A stretch of DNA of 64,000 nucleotides from Eubacteriaceae bacterium (GTDB lineage Bacteria > Bacillota > Clostridia > Eubacteriales > Anaerofustaceae), in contig WRIE01000003.1 in the NCBI GenBank assembly GCA_009782875.1, forward strand, positions 9,236-73,235, written 5' to 3'. The translations under genes and the position numbers were made by a program. Positions 36,281 to 47,309 of the stretch are shown piece after piece. Numbering within the stretch: the first letter of the stretch is position 1; each line of letters starts with the position of its first letter. The notes below the pieces were generated by a model, which did no database searches, was not told where the DNA came from, and worked only from the letters and a program-made list of their open reading frames with translations.

Positions 36281-37101
36281 TGGACTGTATAAAAATAACC
36301 GATCTTGAGGTATACGCAAAACACGGTGTATTTCCCGAAGAAAACGTGCTGGGCCAGAAGTTCCTGGTTAGCGCTTTGCTGTACATGGATTTGCGCCCGG
36401 CAGCCATAAGCGGCGACTTGGCCGCGTCTGTGGATTATGGGGCAGTTTGCCACCGTATAAAAGAGCTGATGGAGGAAGACACATGCAAGCTCATCGAGAC
36501 AGTGGCAGAAAACATAGCAGGAGCTATCCTTAAAGAAAACCCGCTGCTGTCGAGCGCCTCGATTGAGATCAAAAAGCCATGGGCGCCGATAGGCCTTCCC
36601 ATTAACACAGTTTCTGTGCAGATCCATCGAGGCTGGCATACCGCCTATATCGCTTTGGGCTCAAATATGGGCGACAAAAAGCAATATCTCGATTTTGCTG
36701 TGGAAGAATTGGGCTTTGCCAAAGGCTGCAAAGTGGGAAAAGTCTCCTCCTACATCAACACAGCTCCATACGGCTACACCCAGCAGGATGATTTTTTAAA
36801 TGCTTGCCTTGAATTGAAGACATTGCTTAGCCCCGACGAGCTTTTGGTTTTATGCCATGAAATAGAGGGCAAGGCAAACCGCAAGCGCGCTATCCACTGG
36901 GGGCCCAGGACGTTGGATTTGGATATTATACTTTATGATAGCGACATAATACATGAGCCGGACCTGCACATACCCCATGTTGAAATGCACAAGCGGGATT
37001 TTGTGCTCATCCCTTTGAATGAGATAGCGCCCTATGCAATGCACCCGGAATTGGGAAAGAGCGTAAACGCGCTTTTGGATGGGCTGATTGGGGACGGATA
37101 A
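36280..37101 (+). CDS. folB-folK: Bifunctional dihydroneopterin aldolase / HPPK
   Basis: N-terminal I.DLEVYAKHGVFPEE...GQKF (FolB). C-terminal YIALGSNMGD...RHWGPRTLDLDIILY (FolK). TGATG overlap with folP. Confidence 0.9.
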   Translation: MDCIKITDLEVYAKHGVFPEENVLGQKFLVSALLYMDLRPAAISGDLAASVDYGAVCHRIKELMEEDTCKLIETVAENIAGAILKENPLLSSASIEIKKPWAPIGLPINTVSVQIHRGWHTAYIALGSNMGDKKQYLDFAVEELGFAKGCKVGKVSSYINTAPYGYTQQDDFLNACLELKTLLSPDELLVLCHEIEGKANRKRAIHWGPRTLDLDIILYDSDIIHEPDLHIPHVEMHKRDFVLIPLNEIAPYAMHPELGKSVNALLDGLIGDG

Positions 37102-37107
37102 AGGCAA

Positions 37108-37146
37108 GCAATAAAAAAACAGCTTAGCAGCTGTTTTTTTTATTGC
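37108..37146. terminator. Bidirectional terminator between folBK and the AI-2E transporter gene
   Basis: GCAATAAAAAAACAGCT-tagc-AGCTGTTTTTTTTATTGC. Confidence 0.75.
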
Positions 37147-37154
37147 TGCCTATG

Positions 37155-38312
37155 CTACAAATACCGCTCTGGGGGTATGTTCTTTTCAGCGATAAAGAAG
37201 TCCACATAGTCTGAGGCAATGGTTGATGCTATGCTTGTAATTGGGATTGCTAGCAGAAGCCCTCCAACCCCCCACAAGCTTCCTCCAACCCAAACAGCGA
37301 GTATGACCCAAAATCCGTCAAGGCCTATAGCTTTGCCTACAATGTTCGGGTATATGATATTCTCCTCAATCTGCTCCAGGATCGTGTAGACCACCAAATA
37401 CCACAGCACATGGGATGGCGAGGCTATGGCAGTAAGCACGAGGCCAATGGTAAACCCCACAAAAACCCCAAAAATCGGGACCATCTGCAAAACCCCGATC
37501 AGCAAAGAGATTAAAACCGGATATGGGAACTTGAAGATCCAAAACACAACCAAGAATAAAAGGAATTTCATGGCTGAGTCGAAAGTCTGGCTTTTCAGGA
37601 AGCTCTCGAAGCGCTGGTCTGCCAAAGTGGATATCCTCAATATGTATTCAGCATCAACTTCAGGAAGCAGGGCAAATAGCATCCTTCTGGTTTGTATGCC
37701 CATGCGCTCCTTGTTGAAAAGCACATATACCGACAAAAACACTCCCAGGATGCTTTTCGTCGCCCCGACGAAAAACTGGGAGAGGAAGTTGAAAGTTGTG
37801 TTAAAAGTCGTGTTGAAAGAGAAATTGTCCTCAATAAATGCCACTATCCAATTGGTGGAGGCATTTGTGAAACTTTCATTTGCAAAAAGCTCCTCCATCC
37901 CTGGTATGGCATGGGATACATTTAAAGCGAGCTCGTCCAGCATCAGGCTCCACTTGGGCAAGTTTGCAGCAATGTCATTGATAGAGTTGGCGATGTAAGG
38001 TGATGCGAAGCGGAAAAGCAAGTATATGACAAGCATGAAAGTTCCATATGACATGCAAATGCTTGTGATGCGAATCACGCTTTGCAACAGCTTGGTGGAA
38101 GGGTTCTTGAACAAGCGCAGCAAGATTTGGCGTTCATAGAAGCGCATAGGCATGTTAACGATAAATGCCAATGCCAAGCCAAGCACTAGCGGATTCAGCA
38201 AGTCGCCCAAGGTTGAAAGCGCAGACGCAATGGATATTTCTGAAAGGATATGGAATATTAATAGCAATAAACATGCATTGATGAAATAGTTTCTCTTGAG
38301 TTTGTCCCACAT
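37155..38312 (-). CDS. AI-2E family (PerM/UPF0118) transporter
   Basis: About 8 TM helices. C-terminal QIEENIIYPNIVGKAIGL..F.VILAV..GG..WGV.G.LLAIP signature. Confidence 0.9.
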   Translation of the reverse strand: MWDKLKRNYFINACLLLLIFHILSEISIASALSTLGDLLNPLVLGLALAFIVNMPMRFYERQILLRLFKNPSTKLLQSVIRITSICMSYGTFMLVIYLLFRFASPYIANSINDIAANLPKWSLMLDELALNVSHAIPGMEELFANESFTNASTNWIVAFIEDNFSFNTTFNTTFNFLSQFFVGATKSILGVFLSVYVLFNKERMGIQTRRMLFALLPEVDAEYILRISTLADQRFESFLKSQTFDSAMKFLLFLVVFWIFKFPYPVLISLLIGVLQMVPIFGVFVGFTIGLVLTAIASPSHVLWYLVVYTILEQIEENIIYPNIVGKAIGLDGFWVILAVWVGGSLWGVGGLLLAIPITSIASTIASDYVDFFIAEKNIPPERYL

Positions 38313-38796
38313 TTGATTTTATCCAATCTTGTTGCATAGAAATTTTCTTAGCTGGCAGCAAAACAACACTATATTAAAGATAATTATACCCTATACCTGC
38401 GTATTGGGCATCTTTTCCTAATGAATGTTATTTTTTTTGCGAATAATTAAACTAGCACTGCAAAAAACTTTGAAATTATGTCTAAATTGTTACTAAAATA
38501 TTATTTCAAGCTGGAAAAAAACTACTTGTCAATTTTTGGGTTTTACTCGCTGATTCACCTTTTCATCGGGATTTTGGAAAAAAAACGCCCCAAAAGATAA
38601 AAAGTGGCCAAAAAATGATAATAAATGCTGGATATCGTTACTTTTTGTTGACAAGTAGAAGTATGTAGGCGCTATAATGGTAAATAAGAAACATTTCACC
38701 AATATTATATGCTCTTGTAAAGCAAAGTGTATAATAATCCCAAAAATGTTTAAAATACTATCGACAGCTATTTTTAAAAAGAACTAAGGAGAATTT

Positions 38797-39339
38797 ATGA
38801 AAGCAACTGGTATTGTCCGAAGGATTGATGATCTAGGTCGTGTTGTTATCCCAAAAGAAATCCGGAGGACAATGAGATTGAGGGAAGGCGAGCCTCTAGA
38901 AATATTCATCGAAAAAGGCGAAGTAATTCTTAGAAAGTATTCGCCAGTAGCGGACTTAAGCGAATATGCTTCAAACTTTGCCGAGTCGTTTTACCAATCT
39001 TCGGAGTGTGTGTGCATAATATGCGACAGGGATGCCATTGTGGCTATTGCAGGCAGCCCGCGCAAAGAGCTTGTTGACCGCACCATAAGCCCGAAGCTTG
39101 AGGAAGCGATGCAAACACGCAGATTGTTGATGTCCAACGATGAGGGTGTAGGCGCTGTCGAGATAATCCCCAATGAGCCGCCAATATCTGACGGTGTGCA
39201 AATTATTGCACCAATTTTAGTCAGCGGCGATGTTTTGGGGTCTGTCGTGGTTTATATGAACGACAAGGCGCTGGCATCAACCATTGGCAGGCAACTGGCG
39301 CAAACAGGGGCGTCTTTTTTAGGCAGGATTCTAGAGTAA
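38797..39339 (+). CDS. spoVT: Stage V sporulation protein T (AbrB-family regulator with GAF-like domain)
   Basis: MKATGIVRRIDDLGRVVIPKEIRRTMRLREGEPLEIF SpoVT/AbrB swapped-hairpin motif. 180 aa. AAGGAG RBS. Confidence 0.9.
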   Translation: MKATGIVRRIDDLGRVVIPKEIRRTMRLREGEPLEIFIEKGEVILRKYSPVADLSEYASNFAESFYQSSECVCIICDRDAIVAIAGSPRKELVDRTISPKLEEAMQTRRLLMSNDEGVGAVEIIPNEPPISDGVQIIAPILVSGDVLGSVVVYMNDKALASTIGRQLAQTGASFLGRILE

Positions 39340-39364
39340 CAAGAAAAAAGCATTCATTAATACA

Positions 39365-39398
39365 AAAGCCGCTTTGCCATGTTTAAAAGTGGCTTTTT
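39365..39398 (+). terminator. Candidate terminator after spoVT
   Basis: AAAGCCGC...GTGGCTTT stem (one G-U pair) followed by a T-run. Confidence 0.4.
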
Positions 39399-39530
39399 CA
39401 CATATATTTTTTATTGTATTTATTTAATCGATATTCTTCTGCTCTCTAATTTTGGGCATATGCCCTGTTTTTTTCTTAATGATTAATCAACACAGTTGCA
39501 ATATGCTAAAATGTCTCTATTCGGTGAAAC

Positions 39531-42362
39531 ATGGTAGATTTTATTAGAATAAAAGGGGCAAAGGAAAACAATCTAAAAAACATAGATTTAGATGTGCCCC
39601 GCAACTCGTTTAACGTCTTCACCGGCCTTAGCGGCTCGGGGAAGACAAGCCTTGCTTTTGACACGATCTATGCAGAGGGCCAGCGCAGGTATGTTGAAAG
39701 CCTCTCTTCGTATGCAAGGCAATTTTTAGGGCAAATGAACAAGCCGGATGTAGAGAGCATAGAAGGCCTTTCTCCGGCTATATCTATAGACCAAAGGACA
39801 CAAAACCGCAATCCAAGGTCAACAGTGGGGACTGTGACCGAGATCTACGACTATTTGCGCCTTTTATACGCGCGCATAGGCGTGCGCCACTGCCCTGTTT
39901 GCGGCAAAGTGGTGGAAAGCCAAAGCTTGGATGTAATTATAACCGACATAATGGGCGGGGCAGACAAGGAACGGTTCCAAATCCTCGCCCCAGTCGCGCG
40001 CCAAGAGAAAGGGCAGTTCAAAAAACTATTTGAAGCCTATAGCGCCCAAGGCTATATCCGCGCATTTGTCGACGGGGAGCCCAGGGAGCTTTCTGAAAAC
40101 ATAGAGCTGGATAAAAACAAGAAACACGACATCTCAATAGTTGTTGACAGGCTTGTGCACGGTCCAACAGTCAAGTCGCGCCTGGCGGATTCTATCGAGG
40201 CTGCTTTGCGCATTGCCGGTGGGCTTGTGGTATACAGGGCTGAAAATGGGGAAGAGCGCTTGTATTCAGAGAACTACGCGTGCATTGAGTGCGGGATATC
40301 CATGGGAAAACCTGAGCCCAGGGATTTTTCTTTCAACTCCCCCTTTGGAATGTGCCCAAAGTGCAGCGGCATAGGCTATGAGCAGCAGATCGATGTAGGT
40401 TTGTTGATACCTGACAAGTCGTTGTCTATATCCCAAGGGGCGATACAGTTTTATGGCTTGGATTCTGAAGGCTACTACTTCTCGATCATTGCAGCAATGG
40501 CAGGCAAATATGGGTTTTCCGTCGATGAGCCAATTGGCGAAGCTCCGCCTGGTTTTCTCAATGCGCTGCTGTATGGGGACGACTCTGTAGTCAGGATCAA
40601 ATTCAACAGCTATTTTTCCGGCCGCCGCGAGCAGGACCTGGTATTTGAAGGCCTTGTCAACAATATGCAGCGCCGGTACAAAGAGACCTATTCGGAATCG
40701 ATGAAAGAGCGCATCGAGGGGTATATGTCCTTAAAAGAGTGCGACGCTTGCCATGGCAAAAAGCTCAACGAAAAAAGCCTTGCCGTCACTGTGGGTGGCA
40801 TAAACATAATACAGCTGACCGAAATGACAGTAGGCGAGTGCCAAACTTTTATCACAAGCCTGGAGCTTACCGAAAACCAGCAAACGATAATCAACATGGT
40901 CGCAAAAGAGATAGCAAACCGCCTGGCTTTCTTGAGCGATGTGGGCCTGTCATACCTTGACTTGGCAAGGGCGGCTTCCACCCTTTCAGGGGGGGAAAGC
41001 CAGCGCATCAGATTAGCCACACAAATCGGCTCCCAGCTGACTGGTGTCCTGTATGTCCTGGACGAGCCAAGCATTGGCTTGCACCAGCGCGACAACGCCA
41101 AGCTGATTGCAACCTTGCGCAAACTCACATCCATCGGCAATACCCTTATCGTTGTCGAGCACGACGAGGAGACAATGAGGGCAAGCGATTTTATCGTCGA
41201 TATCGGCCCAGGGGCTGGAATCCACGGGGGGCTGGTCGTAGCTGCAGGCACCCCAGAGCAGATCGAGATGTGCGAGGAGTCGATAACAGGCCAATACCTT
41301 TCGGGCAAAGCGCAAATCCCCATCCCCCAAAAACGCGCAGAGCCCACAGGTTCGATCACTATAACTGGCGCCGCAGAGAACAATCTTAAGGGCATCGATG
41401 TCTCGTTCCCCTTAGGGGTGTTCACTTGCGTAAGCGGCGTATCCGGCTCTGGAAAAAGCACCTTGGTCAACGAGATCTTATTCAAAGCAGCCCAGAATGC
41501 GCTATACAAAACCCGCTTACGGCCGGGAAAGCATGATAGCATCACAGGCCTTGAGCACGTGGACAAAGTGATAAATATAGACCAATCCCCCATTGGGCGG
41601 ACCCCCAGAAGCAACCCTGCCACATACACCGGAGTCTTTGATCTTATCAGGGACTTGTTTGCAAGCACCAACGAGGCGAAGGCAAGGGGATATAAGAAAG
41701 GGCGCTTCAGCTTCAATGTAAAGGGCGGAAGATGCGAAAGCTGCTCAGGGGACGGCATAATCAAGATAGAAATGCACTTCCTGCCGGATGTGTACATACC
41801 TTGCGAGGTATGCAAGGGAAAACGCTACAACTCCGAAACATTGCAAGTCACCTACAAGGATAAAAACATTGCGGATATCTTGGACATGACAGTGGAGGAG
41901 GCAATGGGCTTCTTTGAGAACCTGCCAAGGATCCGCGACAAAATGGCAACCCTTTATGAGGTCGGCTTGGGGTATATTAAACTAGGGCAGCCTTCAACCA
42001 CCCTCTCCGGGGGCGAAGCCCAAAGGATAAAGCTGGCTAGCGAGCTGTCACGCAGGGCGACATCAAAAACCTTGTACATCCTCGACGAGCCAACCACAGG
42101 GCTCCACACCCATGATGTAGACAAACTGCTCCAAGTGCTGCAAAAACTCCGGGACGCCGGCAACACCATAGTTGTCATTGAGCACAACTTGGAAGTGCTA
42201 AAATGCGCAGACTGGATAATCGACCTGGGCCCAGAGGGCGGATTTGCAGGAGGGTTGGTCATAGCTGTGGGCACCCCAGAGCAAGTTTCTGAATGTGCAG
42301 TAAGCGATACTGGAAAATATCTGAAAAAAATACTAAACCAAAACCGGCAAGCCGGCATATAA
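39531..42362 (+). CDS. uvrA: Excinuclease ABC subunit A
   Basis: 943 aa. Two ABC modules ([24 protein letters not shown]), LSGGE.QR signatures and Zn-finger cysteines. Confidence 0.97.
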   Translation: MVDFIRIKGAKENNLKNIDLDVPRNSFNVFTGLSGSGKTSLAFDTIYAEGQRRYVESLSSYARQFLGQMNKPDVESIEGLSPAISIDQRTQNRNPRSTVGTVTEIYDYLRLLYARIGVRHCPVCGKVVESQSLDVIITDIMGGADKERFQILAPVARQEKGQFKKLFEAYSAQGYIRAFVDGEPRELSENIELDKNKKHDISIVVDRLVHGPTVKSRLADSIEAALRIAGGLVVYRAENGEERLYSENYACIECGISMGKPEPRDFSFNSPFGMCPKCSGIGYEQQIDVGLLIPDKSLSISQGAIQFYGLDSEGYYFSIIAAMAGKYGFSVDEPIGEAPPGFLNALLYGDDSVVRIKFNSYFSGRREQDLVFEGLVNNMQRRYKETYSESMKERIEGYMSLKECDACHGKKLNEKSLAVTVGGINIIQLTEMTVGECQTFITSLELTENQQTIINMVAKEIANRLAFLSDVGLSYLDLARAASTLSGGESQRIRLATQIGSQLTGVLYVLDEPSIGLHQRDNAKLIATLRKLTSIGNTLIVVEHDEETMRASDFIVDIGPGAGIHGGLVVAAGTPEQIEMCEESITGQYLSGKAQIPIPQKRAEPTGSITITGAAENNLKGIDVSFPLGVFTCVSGVSGSGKSTLVNEILFKAAQNALYKTRLRPGKHDSITGLEHVDKVINIDQSPIGRTPRSNPATYTGVFDLIRDLFASTNEAKARGYKKGRFSFNVKGGRCESCSGDGIIKIEMHFLPDVYIPCEVCKGKRYNSETLQVTYKDKNIADILDMTVEEAMGFFENLPRIRDKMATLYEVGLGYIKLGQPSTTLSGGEAQRIKLASELSRRATSKTLYILDEPTTGLHTHDVDKLLQVLQKLRDAGNTIVVIEHNLEVLKCADWIIDLGPEGGFAGGLVIAVGTPEQVSECAVSDTGKYLKKILNQNRQAGI

Positions 42363-42471
42363 CTTGACGTGAAAATTGATGTAACACTGCCAAGCCGCTT
42401 GCGCATGTGTTATAGTATATTAGGTCGAAAAAATCTAGATATTTTACCAATGTTTTTAGGATTAAATATTG

Positions 42472-44865
42472 ATGCTTAAGCTGAAAAAAAAGAAAAACAA
42501 AACAAAATCCCTAGAAGAGCTAAAATCTCTGCTAGGCGCGGGGGAGTACATCCTTCCCCTTATTGCAGTCAAAGGGGCTATTTTTGGCTGCGAAATTGAA
42601 ACGTCATTTGATTTTGGAAAATCAAATTCAATCAAAGCGATTGATTTTTCCCCAAATACTTCCGACTTGATCGCCATCGCCATGCAAAAAAGCAGCGAAG
42701 GCAAAGCCACAGCAGAGGACCTGTCAAAAGTCTGCTGTATGGCTGATGTCAGGGATGTCACCAGGCTGGGAGGGGACGTGCTCAGGGTCAATCTCCACGG
42801 CATGTCACGGGTGAGGATAGAGCAGATTATCTATGAGGAGCCATTCATGCTAGTCAAGGTGTCTTTGGAAGACGAAAGCCAAGGCGCCCGTGACCAGCAA
42901 GCGCAAGCCCTCTCCAAAATCTGCCAAGAGAGATACTTCCAATTATTCCAGCTTACAGGGTCATACGACGAGGAGTTTGCCAACCTTCTTTCATCATCGC
43001 CGCCGCAAAAGGTTTGCGACTTGATTATGGCCAGCGTGCCCATCACCCCGACAGAGTACTATGACATCATGCAAGGGTCCACAGTTGTCGAGCGCTTGGA
43101 GAAGACCATTGCATATTTGGTTAATTCAGCCAACAACGCGGTTATTGAAATGGAGCTGGAAAACAAGCTGATGCTGCAATTCACCACAGACCAGCGCTCA
43201 AGATATTTGCGGGAGAAGCGCAACCTGATCTCTAAAGAGCTTAGGGATGACGAAGATGACGAAGAGCTGGATGAATACCGTGGAAAGCTTGCTGCGCTTC
43301 CAATCCAAGAAGAGCACAAGACCCGGCTGCTAAAGGAAGTCATAAGGCTGGAGACAACCCCGCCTGGCTCCCAGGAAGCAGCAGTTATCCAGTCATATCT
43401 TGATTGTGTCCTCGACCTTCCTTGGGCAGAATCCAGCCCTGGCGATTTTGACATATCAAAAGCTGTTGATATCCTGGATGCGGAACATTACGGTTTAAAA
43501 AAGGTAAAAGACCGCATAATTGAATATATCGCAGTGATGAAACAAACAAACTCTCTAAAAAGCCCTATTTTATGCCTAGTCGGACCTCCGGGTGTAGGGA
43601 AGACAAGCGTGGCCAAATCAATCTCAAACGCGACAAACCGGAAATTTGTCCGCTTGTCGCTGGGAGGCATGCACGACGAAGCAGAGATACGGGGGCACAG
43701 GAAGACATATGTGGGGGCAATGCCCGGGCGGATTATCGCATCCCTGCGCCAAGTCCAAAGCAAAAGCCCTGTGTTCCTTTTAGACGAGATCGACAAGCTG
43801 TCCAGGGACATCAAGGGAGACCCGGCATCAGCTCTCCTTGAAGCGCTGGATCCAGAGCAAAACTCGACTTTTGTTGATACATACATCGAGATCCCGTTCA
43901 ACCTCTCCGATGTAATGTTTATAACTACTGCCAACACCACATCCACCATACCTGCGCCGCTTTTAGACAGGCTAGAGCTGATAGAATTAAACGGGTATTT
44001 GCCCAACGAAAAGCTCGAGATAGCAAAACGCCATCTAATTGGCAAGCAAATGAAAGAAAACGGGATAACCGGCGACAATATAGAGTTCACAGACGAAGTC
44101 ATCTACGAGATAATCGAAAAATACACCAGGGAAACCGGAGTGCGCCAGCTTGAGCGCTCAATCGCATCCCTGTGCAGGAAAGCCGCCAAAAGCATTGTGG
44201 TTGACCAAGTGGACACCATAACAATAACAAAGGAAAACCTGTCCACCTATTTGGGCAAACAAGTCCACGATTATGACATTATGAAAGACGAAAGCCTTGT
44301 AGGCGTCATCAACGGGCTTGCATGGACCAGCATAGGCGGGGACACATTGACTATAGAGACTAACCACTGCCCAGGCTCAGGAAAGACAGAGCTTACAGGT
44401 AACTTGGGCAACGTCATGAAAGAATCGGCGCGCATGGCTATCAGCTACCTGAAAGCCAACGCAGAGTCATTTGGCATCGCCCATGTGGATTTTGCAAAGA
44501 CAGATATCCATATCCATGCGCCTGAAGGCGCTGTGCCAAAGGACGGCCCCAGCGCAGGAATTGCTTTGGCTTGCTCAATACTCTCCTCCCTCACATCAAC
44601 GCCCGTATGGCAACAGATTGCTATGACCGGGGAGTTGACGTTGACAGGCAGGGTCCTTGCCATTGGGGGGCTAAGAGAGAAGCTTCTGGCAGCAAACCGC
44701 GCTAAAGTCCAAAAGGTGTTTATTCCAAAACAAAACGAGCCTGACCTAGCAGAAATTCCCGGGGAGATAATTGAAGGCATGGAGCTGGTATTGGTCCAAA
44801 ACGCAAGGGAAGTCATAGAGGAGATTTTTAATGGCGACAGCCAATGCGCAAGTAAAGTCGGTTGA
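42472..44865 (+). CDS. lon: ATP-dependent Lon protease (endopeptidase La)
   Basis: LON N-domain, Walker A GPPGVGKTS, C-terminal PKDGPSAGIA catalytic Ser motif. Confidence 0.95.
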   Translation: MLKLKKKKNKTKSLEELKSLLGAGEYILPLIAVKGAIFGCEIETSFDFGKSNSIKAIDFSPNTSDLIAIAMQKSSEGKATAEDLSKVCCMADVRDVTRLGGDVLRVNLHGMSRVRIEQIIYEEPFMLVKVSLEDESQGARDQQAQALSKICQERYFQLFQLTGSYDEEFANLLSSSPPQKVCDLIMASVPITPTEYYDIMQGSTVVERLEKTIAYLVNSANNAVIEMELENKLMLQFTTDQRSRYLREKRNLISKELRDDEDDEELDEYRGKLAALPIQEEHKTRLLKEVIRLETTPPGSQEAAVIQSYLDCVLDLPWAESSPGDFDISKAVDILDAEHYGLKKVKDRIIEYIAVMKQTNSLKSPILCLVGPPGVGKTSVAKSISNATNRKFVRLSLGGMHDEAEIRGHRKTYVGAMPGRIIASLRQVQSKSPVFLLDEIDKLSRDIKGDPASALLEALDPEQNSTFVDTYIEIPFNLSDVMFITTANTTSTIPAPLLDRLELIELNGYLPNEKLEIAKRHLIGKQMKENGITGDNIEFTDEVIYEIIEKYTRETGVRQLERSIASLCRKAAKSIVVDQVDTITITKENLSTYLGKQVHDYDIMKDESLVGVINGLAWTSIGGDTLTIETNHCPGSGKTELTGNLGNVMKESARMAISYLKANAESFGIAHVDFAKTDIHIHAPEGAVPKDGPSAGIALACSILSSLTSTPVWQQIAMTGELTLTGRVLAIGGLREKLLAANRAKVQKVFIPKQNEPDLAEIPGEIIEGMELVLVQNAREVIEEIFNGDSQCASKVG

Positions 44866-45445
44866 GCTGGTCGCCACCGAAACATCCTTGGCGCGTTTCC
44901 CTGCCCCTGATTTGGTGGAAGTTGTGCTGATCGGCAAGTCCAACGTGGGCAAATCCAGTTTTATCAACGCAATAGTGAACCGAAAACGCCTCGCCCACAC
45001 AAGCAATACCCCCGGTAAAACCAGGACAGCGAACTTTTACTTGATAAACAATGATTTTTATCTAGTGGATATGCCCGGCTACGGTTATGCTAAAGTCTCA
45101 AAACAACACCGCGCAGAGTTGGCCGGGATAATCTCGGATTATGTGAAAAAACGCAAAGCCGATTTTATAGTATACTTCCTGTTTGACTGCCGGCATTTGC
45201 CAACAAAAAACGACCTTTCTGCCCTTGAGTTCATTGAAGGCCAGGATATTTATCCTATAATAGTTTTTACAAAAACTGACAAGCTAAAAGCCACCCAAAA
45301 GCAAGAATTGCTCGAGGAGCGCTATGAAGCCCTTGGAAGGCCTGGCGGAGAGGGGATTATACTTTTCAGCAAGAATTCCCCCCAGCTGATCCAAGAAGCG
45401 CGTAATTTTACTTTTGGCATTGTGGAAGAAGCTAAGCAGCAATAG
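44831..45445 (+). CDS. engB: Ribosome-biogenesis GTPase YsxC/EngB
   Basis: GKSNVGKSSFIN, DMPGYGYA, TKTDK. Follows lon as in B. subtilis. The ATG overlaps the lon 3' end by 35 nt. Confidence 0.9.
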   Translation: MATANAQVKSVELVATETSLARFPAPDLVEVVLIGKSNVGKSSFINAIVNRKRLAHTSNTPGKTRTANFYLINNDFYLVDMPGYGYAKVSKQHRAELAGIISDYVKKRKADFIVYFLFDCRHLPTKNDLSALEFIEGQDIYPIIVFTKTDKLKATQKQELLEERYEALGRPGGEGIILFSKNSPQLIQEARNFTFGIVEEAKQQ

Positions 45446-45463
45446 AAAAGTGAAGGTTAAAAA

Positions 45464-46738
45464 ATGCTTGACATACGGTTGATAAGAAGAGACCACGAGA
45501 GATACAAGGATCTTTTGGGACGGAAAGGGGACTATCCAATTGACGAGCTGCTCGCCTTGGATGTCGACAGGCGCAAACAACTCGCCTTGCTGGAGGAGTT
45601 GAAAGCCAGGCAAAACGCTGCCTCCAAACAAATTCCGGTTATGAAAAAAGAGGGCAAAGACACAGGTCCGATTATGGAAGAAATGAAGGAGGCGGCAAGC
45701 CAGTCAAAAGCCATTGACAACAGCCTGTCTGTTATCGACAACAACATAGCCACAATCTTGTCCGGATTCCCGAACCTCCCCCACGAGAATGTGCCTATCG
45801 GATCAGACGAGAGCGAAAACGTCGAGGTGCTAAAATACGGCGAGCCAAGGCAGTTCGATTTTGAAGTCAAAGCCCACTGGGATTTGGGGGTAGACTTGGG
45901 GATACTCGATTTCGAGAGGGCATCCAAGATAGCCGGCGCCCGCTTCTCAATGTGGACAGGTTTGGGCGCCAAGCTTGAGCGCGCCTTGATAAATTTCATG
46001 TTGGCATTGCATACCGACACAGGCAAGTACATGGAAATAATACCGCCGTTTATGGTAAACCGCTCGTCGCTATTCAACACTGGCCAGCTTCCGAAGTTCG
46101 AGGAAGATGCATTCAATATCAAGAACAACGACTATTTCATGATACCCACTGCAGAAGTCCCGTTGACAAACTTCCATTCCGGGGAGATTATCCCTGACGG
46201 GAGCTTGCCAATCTGCTACACCGCATATTCTCCATGTTTCAGGGCAGAAGCGGGCAGCGCAGGCAGGGACACCAGGGGCCTCATACGCAACCACCAATTT
46301 GACAAAGTCGAGTTGGTTAAATTATCAGAGCAAGAAACATCTTATGAGGAGTTGGAGGACATGCTCCTTTCCGCACAGCAAGTGCTAAAAGACTTGGAGC
46401 TGCCTTACCGGATTATTGAGCTTTGCACTGGTGATTTGGGGTTTTCTGCAGCCAAGACTTATGATATAGAGGTGTGGATGCCCAGCTATAACCGCTACGT
46501 AGAGATAAGCTCTTGCTCGAATTGCGAAGACTTCCAGTCCAGGCGCGCAAATATCCGCTACAGGGACAAAGAGGGCAAACTCTCCTTTGTTCACACTCTC
46601 AACGGCTCTGCCCTTGCTGTAGGGCGGACCTTCGCCGCTTTGCTGGAAAACTGGCAAGATGAGAACGGAAATGTAGCAATTCCAGAAAAGCTCCGCCCGT
46701 TCTTTGGCGGCATTGAATTGATAACACCACAACAGTAA
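45464..46738 (+). CDS. serS: Serine--tRNA ligase
   Basis: N-terminal coiled-coil arm. Class II motifs [22 protein letters not shown] and GSALAVGRT. Confidence 0.95.
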   Translation: MLDIRLIRRDHERYKDLLGRKGDYPIDELLALDVDRRKQLALLEELKARQNAASKQIPVMKKEGKDTGPIMEEMKEAASQSKAIDNSLSVIDNNIATILSGFPNLPHENVPIGSDESENVEVLKYGEPRQFDFEVKAHWDLGVDLGILDFERASKIAGARFSMWTGLGAKLERALINFMLALHTDTGKYMEIIPPFMVNRSSLFNTGQLPKFEEDAFNIKNNDYFMIPTAEVPLTNFHSGEIIPDGSLPICYTAYSPCFRAEAGSAGRDTRGLIRNHQFDKVELVKLSEQETSYEELEDMLLSAQQVLKDLELPYRIIELCTGDLGFSAAKTYDIEVWMPSYNRYVEISSCSNCEDFQSRRANIRYRDKEGKLSFVHTLNGSALAVGRTFAALLENWQDENGNVAIPEKLRPFFGGIELITPQQ

Positions 46739-46800
46739 ACGATTGCTATATTTGGAATTGAGAGCTTGATTTAGAGGATAACAGAAAAAAAATATATTAA

Positions 46801-46840
46801 GCATAGGAGCGGTGCGGCGATGGCTGCACCGTTCCTATGC
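46801..46840. terminator. 15-bp-stem hairpin. The T-run lies on the minus strand, so it terminates the small minus-strand ORF and possibly also serS.
   Basis: GCATAGGAGCGGTGC-ggcgatggct-GCACCGTTCCTATGC, preceded on the plus strand by AAAAAAAATATATTAA. Confidence 0.6.
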
Positions 46841-47086
46841 TAATCGGCTGGCCTGATTGTATCGCCAAAACAAGGCGGAGCCGCGGCCATGCTTAGCGAT
46901 GTAGTTGCGCTTAGTACTGTTTGCAGTTTTAGACCAGCTCCTCTCCCGTTTTGGTTGCAATCCGCGTTTGAATTCTGGCAAAACAACCATCCCCTCTTTT
47001 GGGTATGTTTCGTTATAATGCATACTCAAATAAAGAGCAACTTGTTTTTGGCTAAATTGAGGCATTTTTATAATTCTCGAGCCCAA
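46835..47086 (-). CDS. Small hypothetical ORF with uncertain start
   Basis: Frame is open for ~125 codons back to 47208 without a convincing start or RBS. Ends just before a strong terminator. No family recognised. Confidence 0.3.
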   Translation of the reverse strand: MGSRIIKMPQFSQKQVALYLSMHYNETYPKEGMVVLPEFKRGLQPKRERSWSKTANSTKRNYIAKHGRGSALFWRYNQASRLA

Positions 47087-47234
47087 ATAGAGTAGTTTTA
47101 TGCTTTGGGTCGCCTTTATCCGATTCTCTGGCTTGAATGCCTTTTCGTGACATAATTCCCGCTTTCTAATTTGAGGCTGAGCTTTCCCCTTGAATTCTTC
47201 AATAAAATATCACACCTTAGGGAAAAAATACTTA

Positions 47235-47300
47235 CAAATTATTGTTATTCGATAATTATTAGTTTATACTGTATCCAAATTATCGAATAACAATAATTTG
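47235..47300 (+). promoter_or_regulatory. 23-bp perfect inverted repeat (CAAATTATTGTTATTCGATAATT / AATTATCGAATAACAATAATTTG) abutting the RBS of the next gene
   Basis: Arms at 47235-47257 and 47278-47300 with a 20-nt spacer, verified base by base. The GGAGG RBS starts at 47300. Confidence 0.6.
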
Positions 47301-47309
47301 GAGGCAGCT

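Noticed and set aside
40688-41815. 375-aa minus-strand ORF inside uvrA, plus similar long antisense ORFs in xdhC (8732-9439), metG, lon, serS and the ABC genes
   Set aside because: They are shadow ORFs opposite strongly supported housekeeping genes and carry no independent signals.
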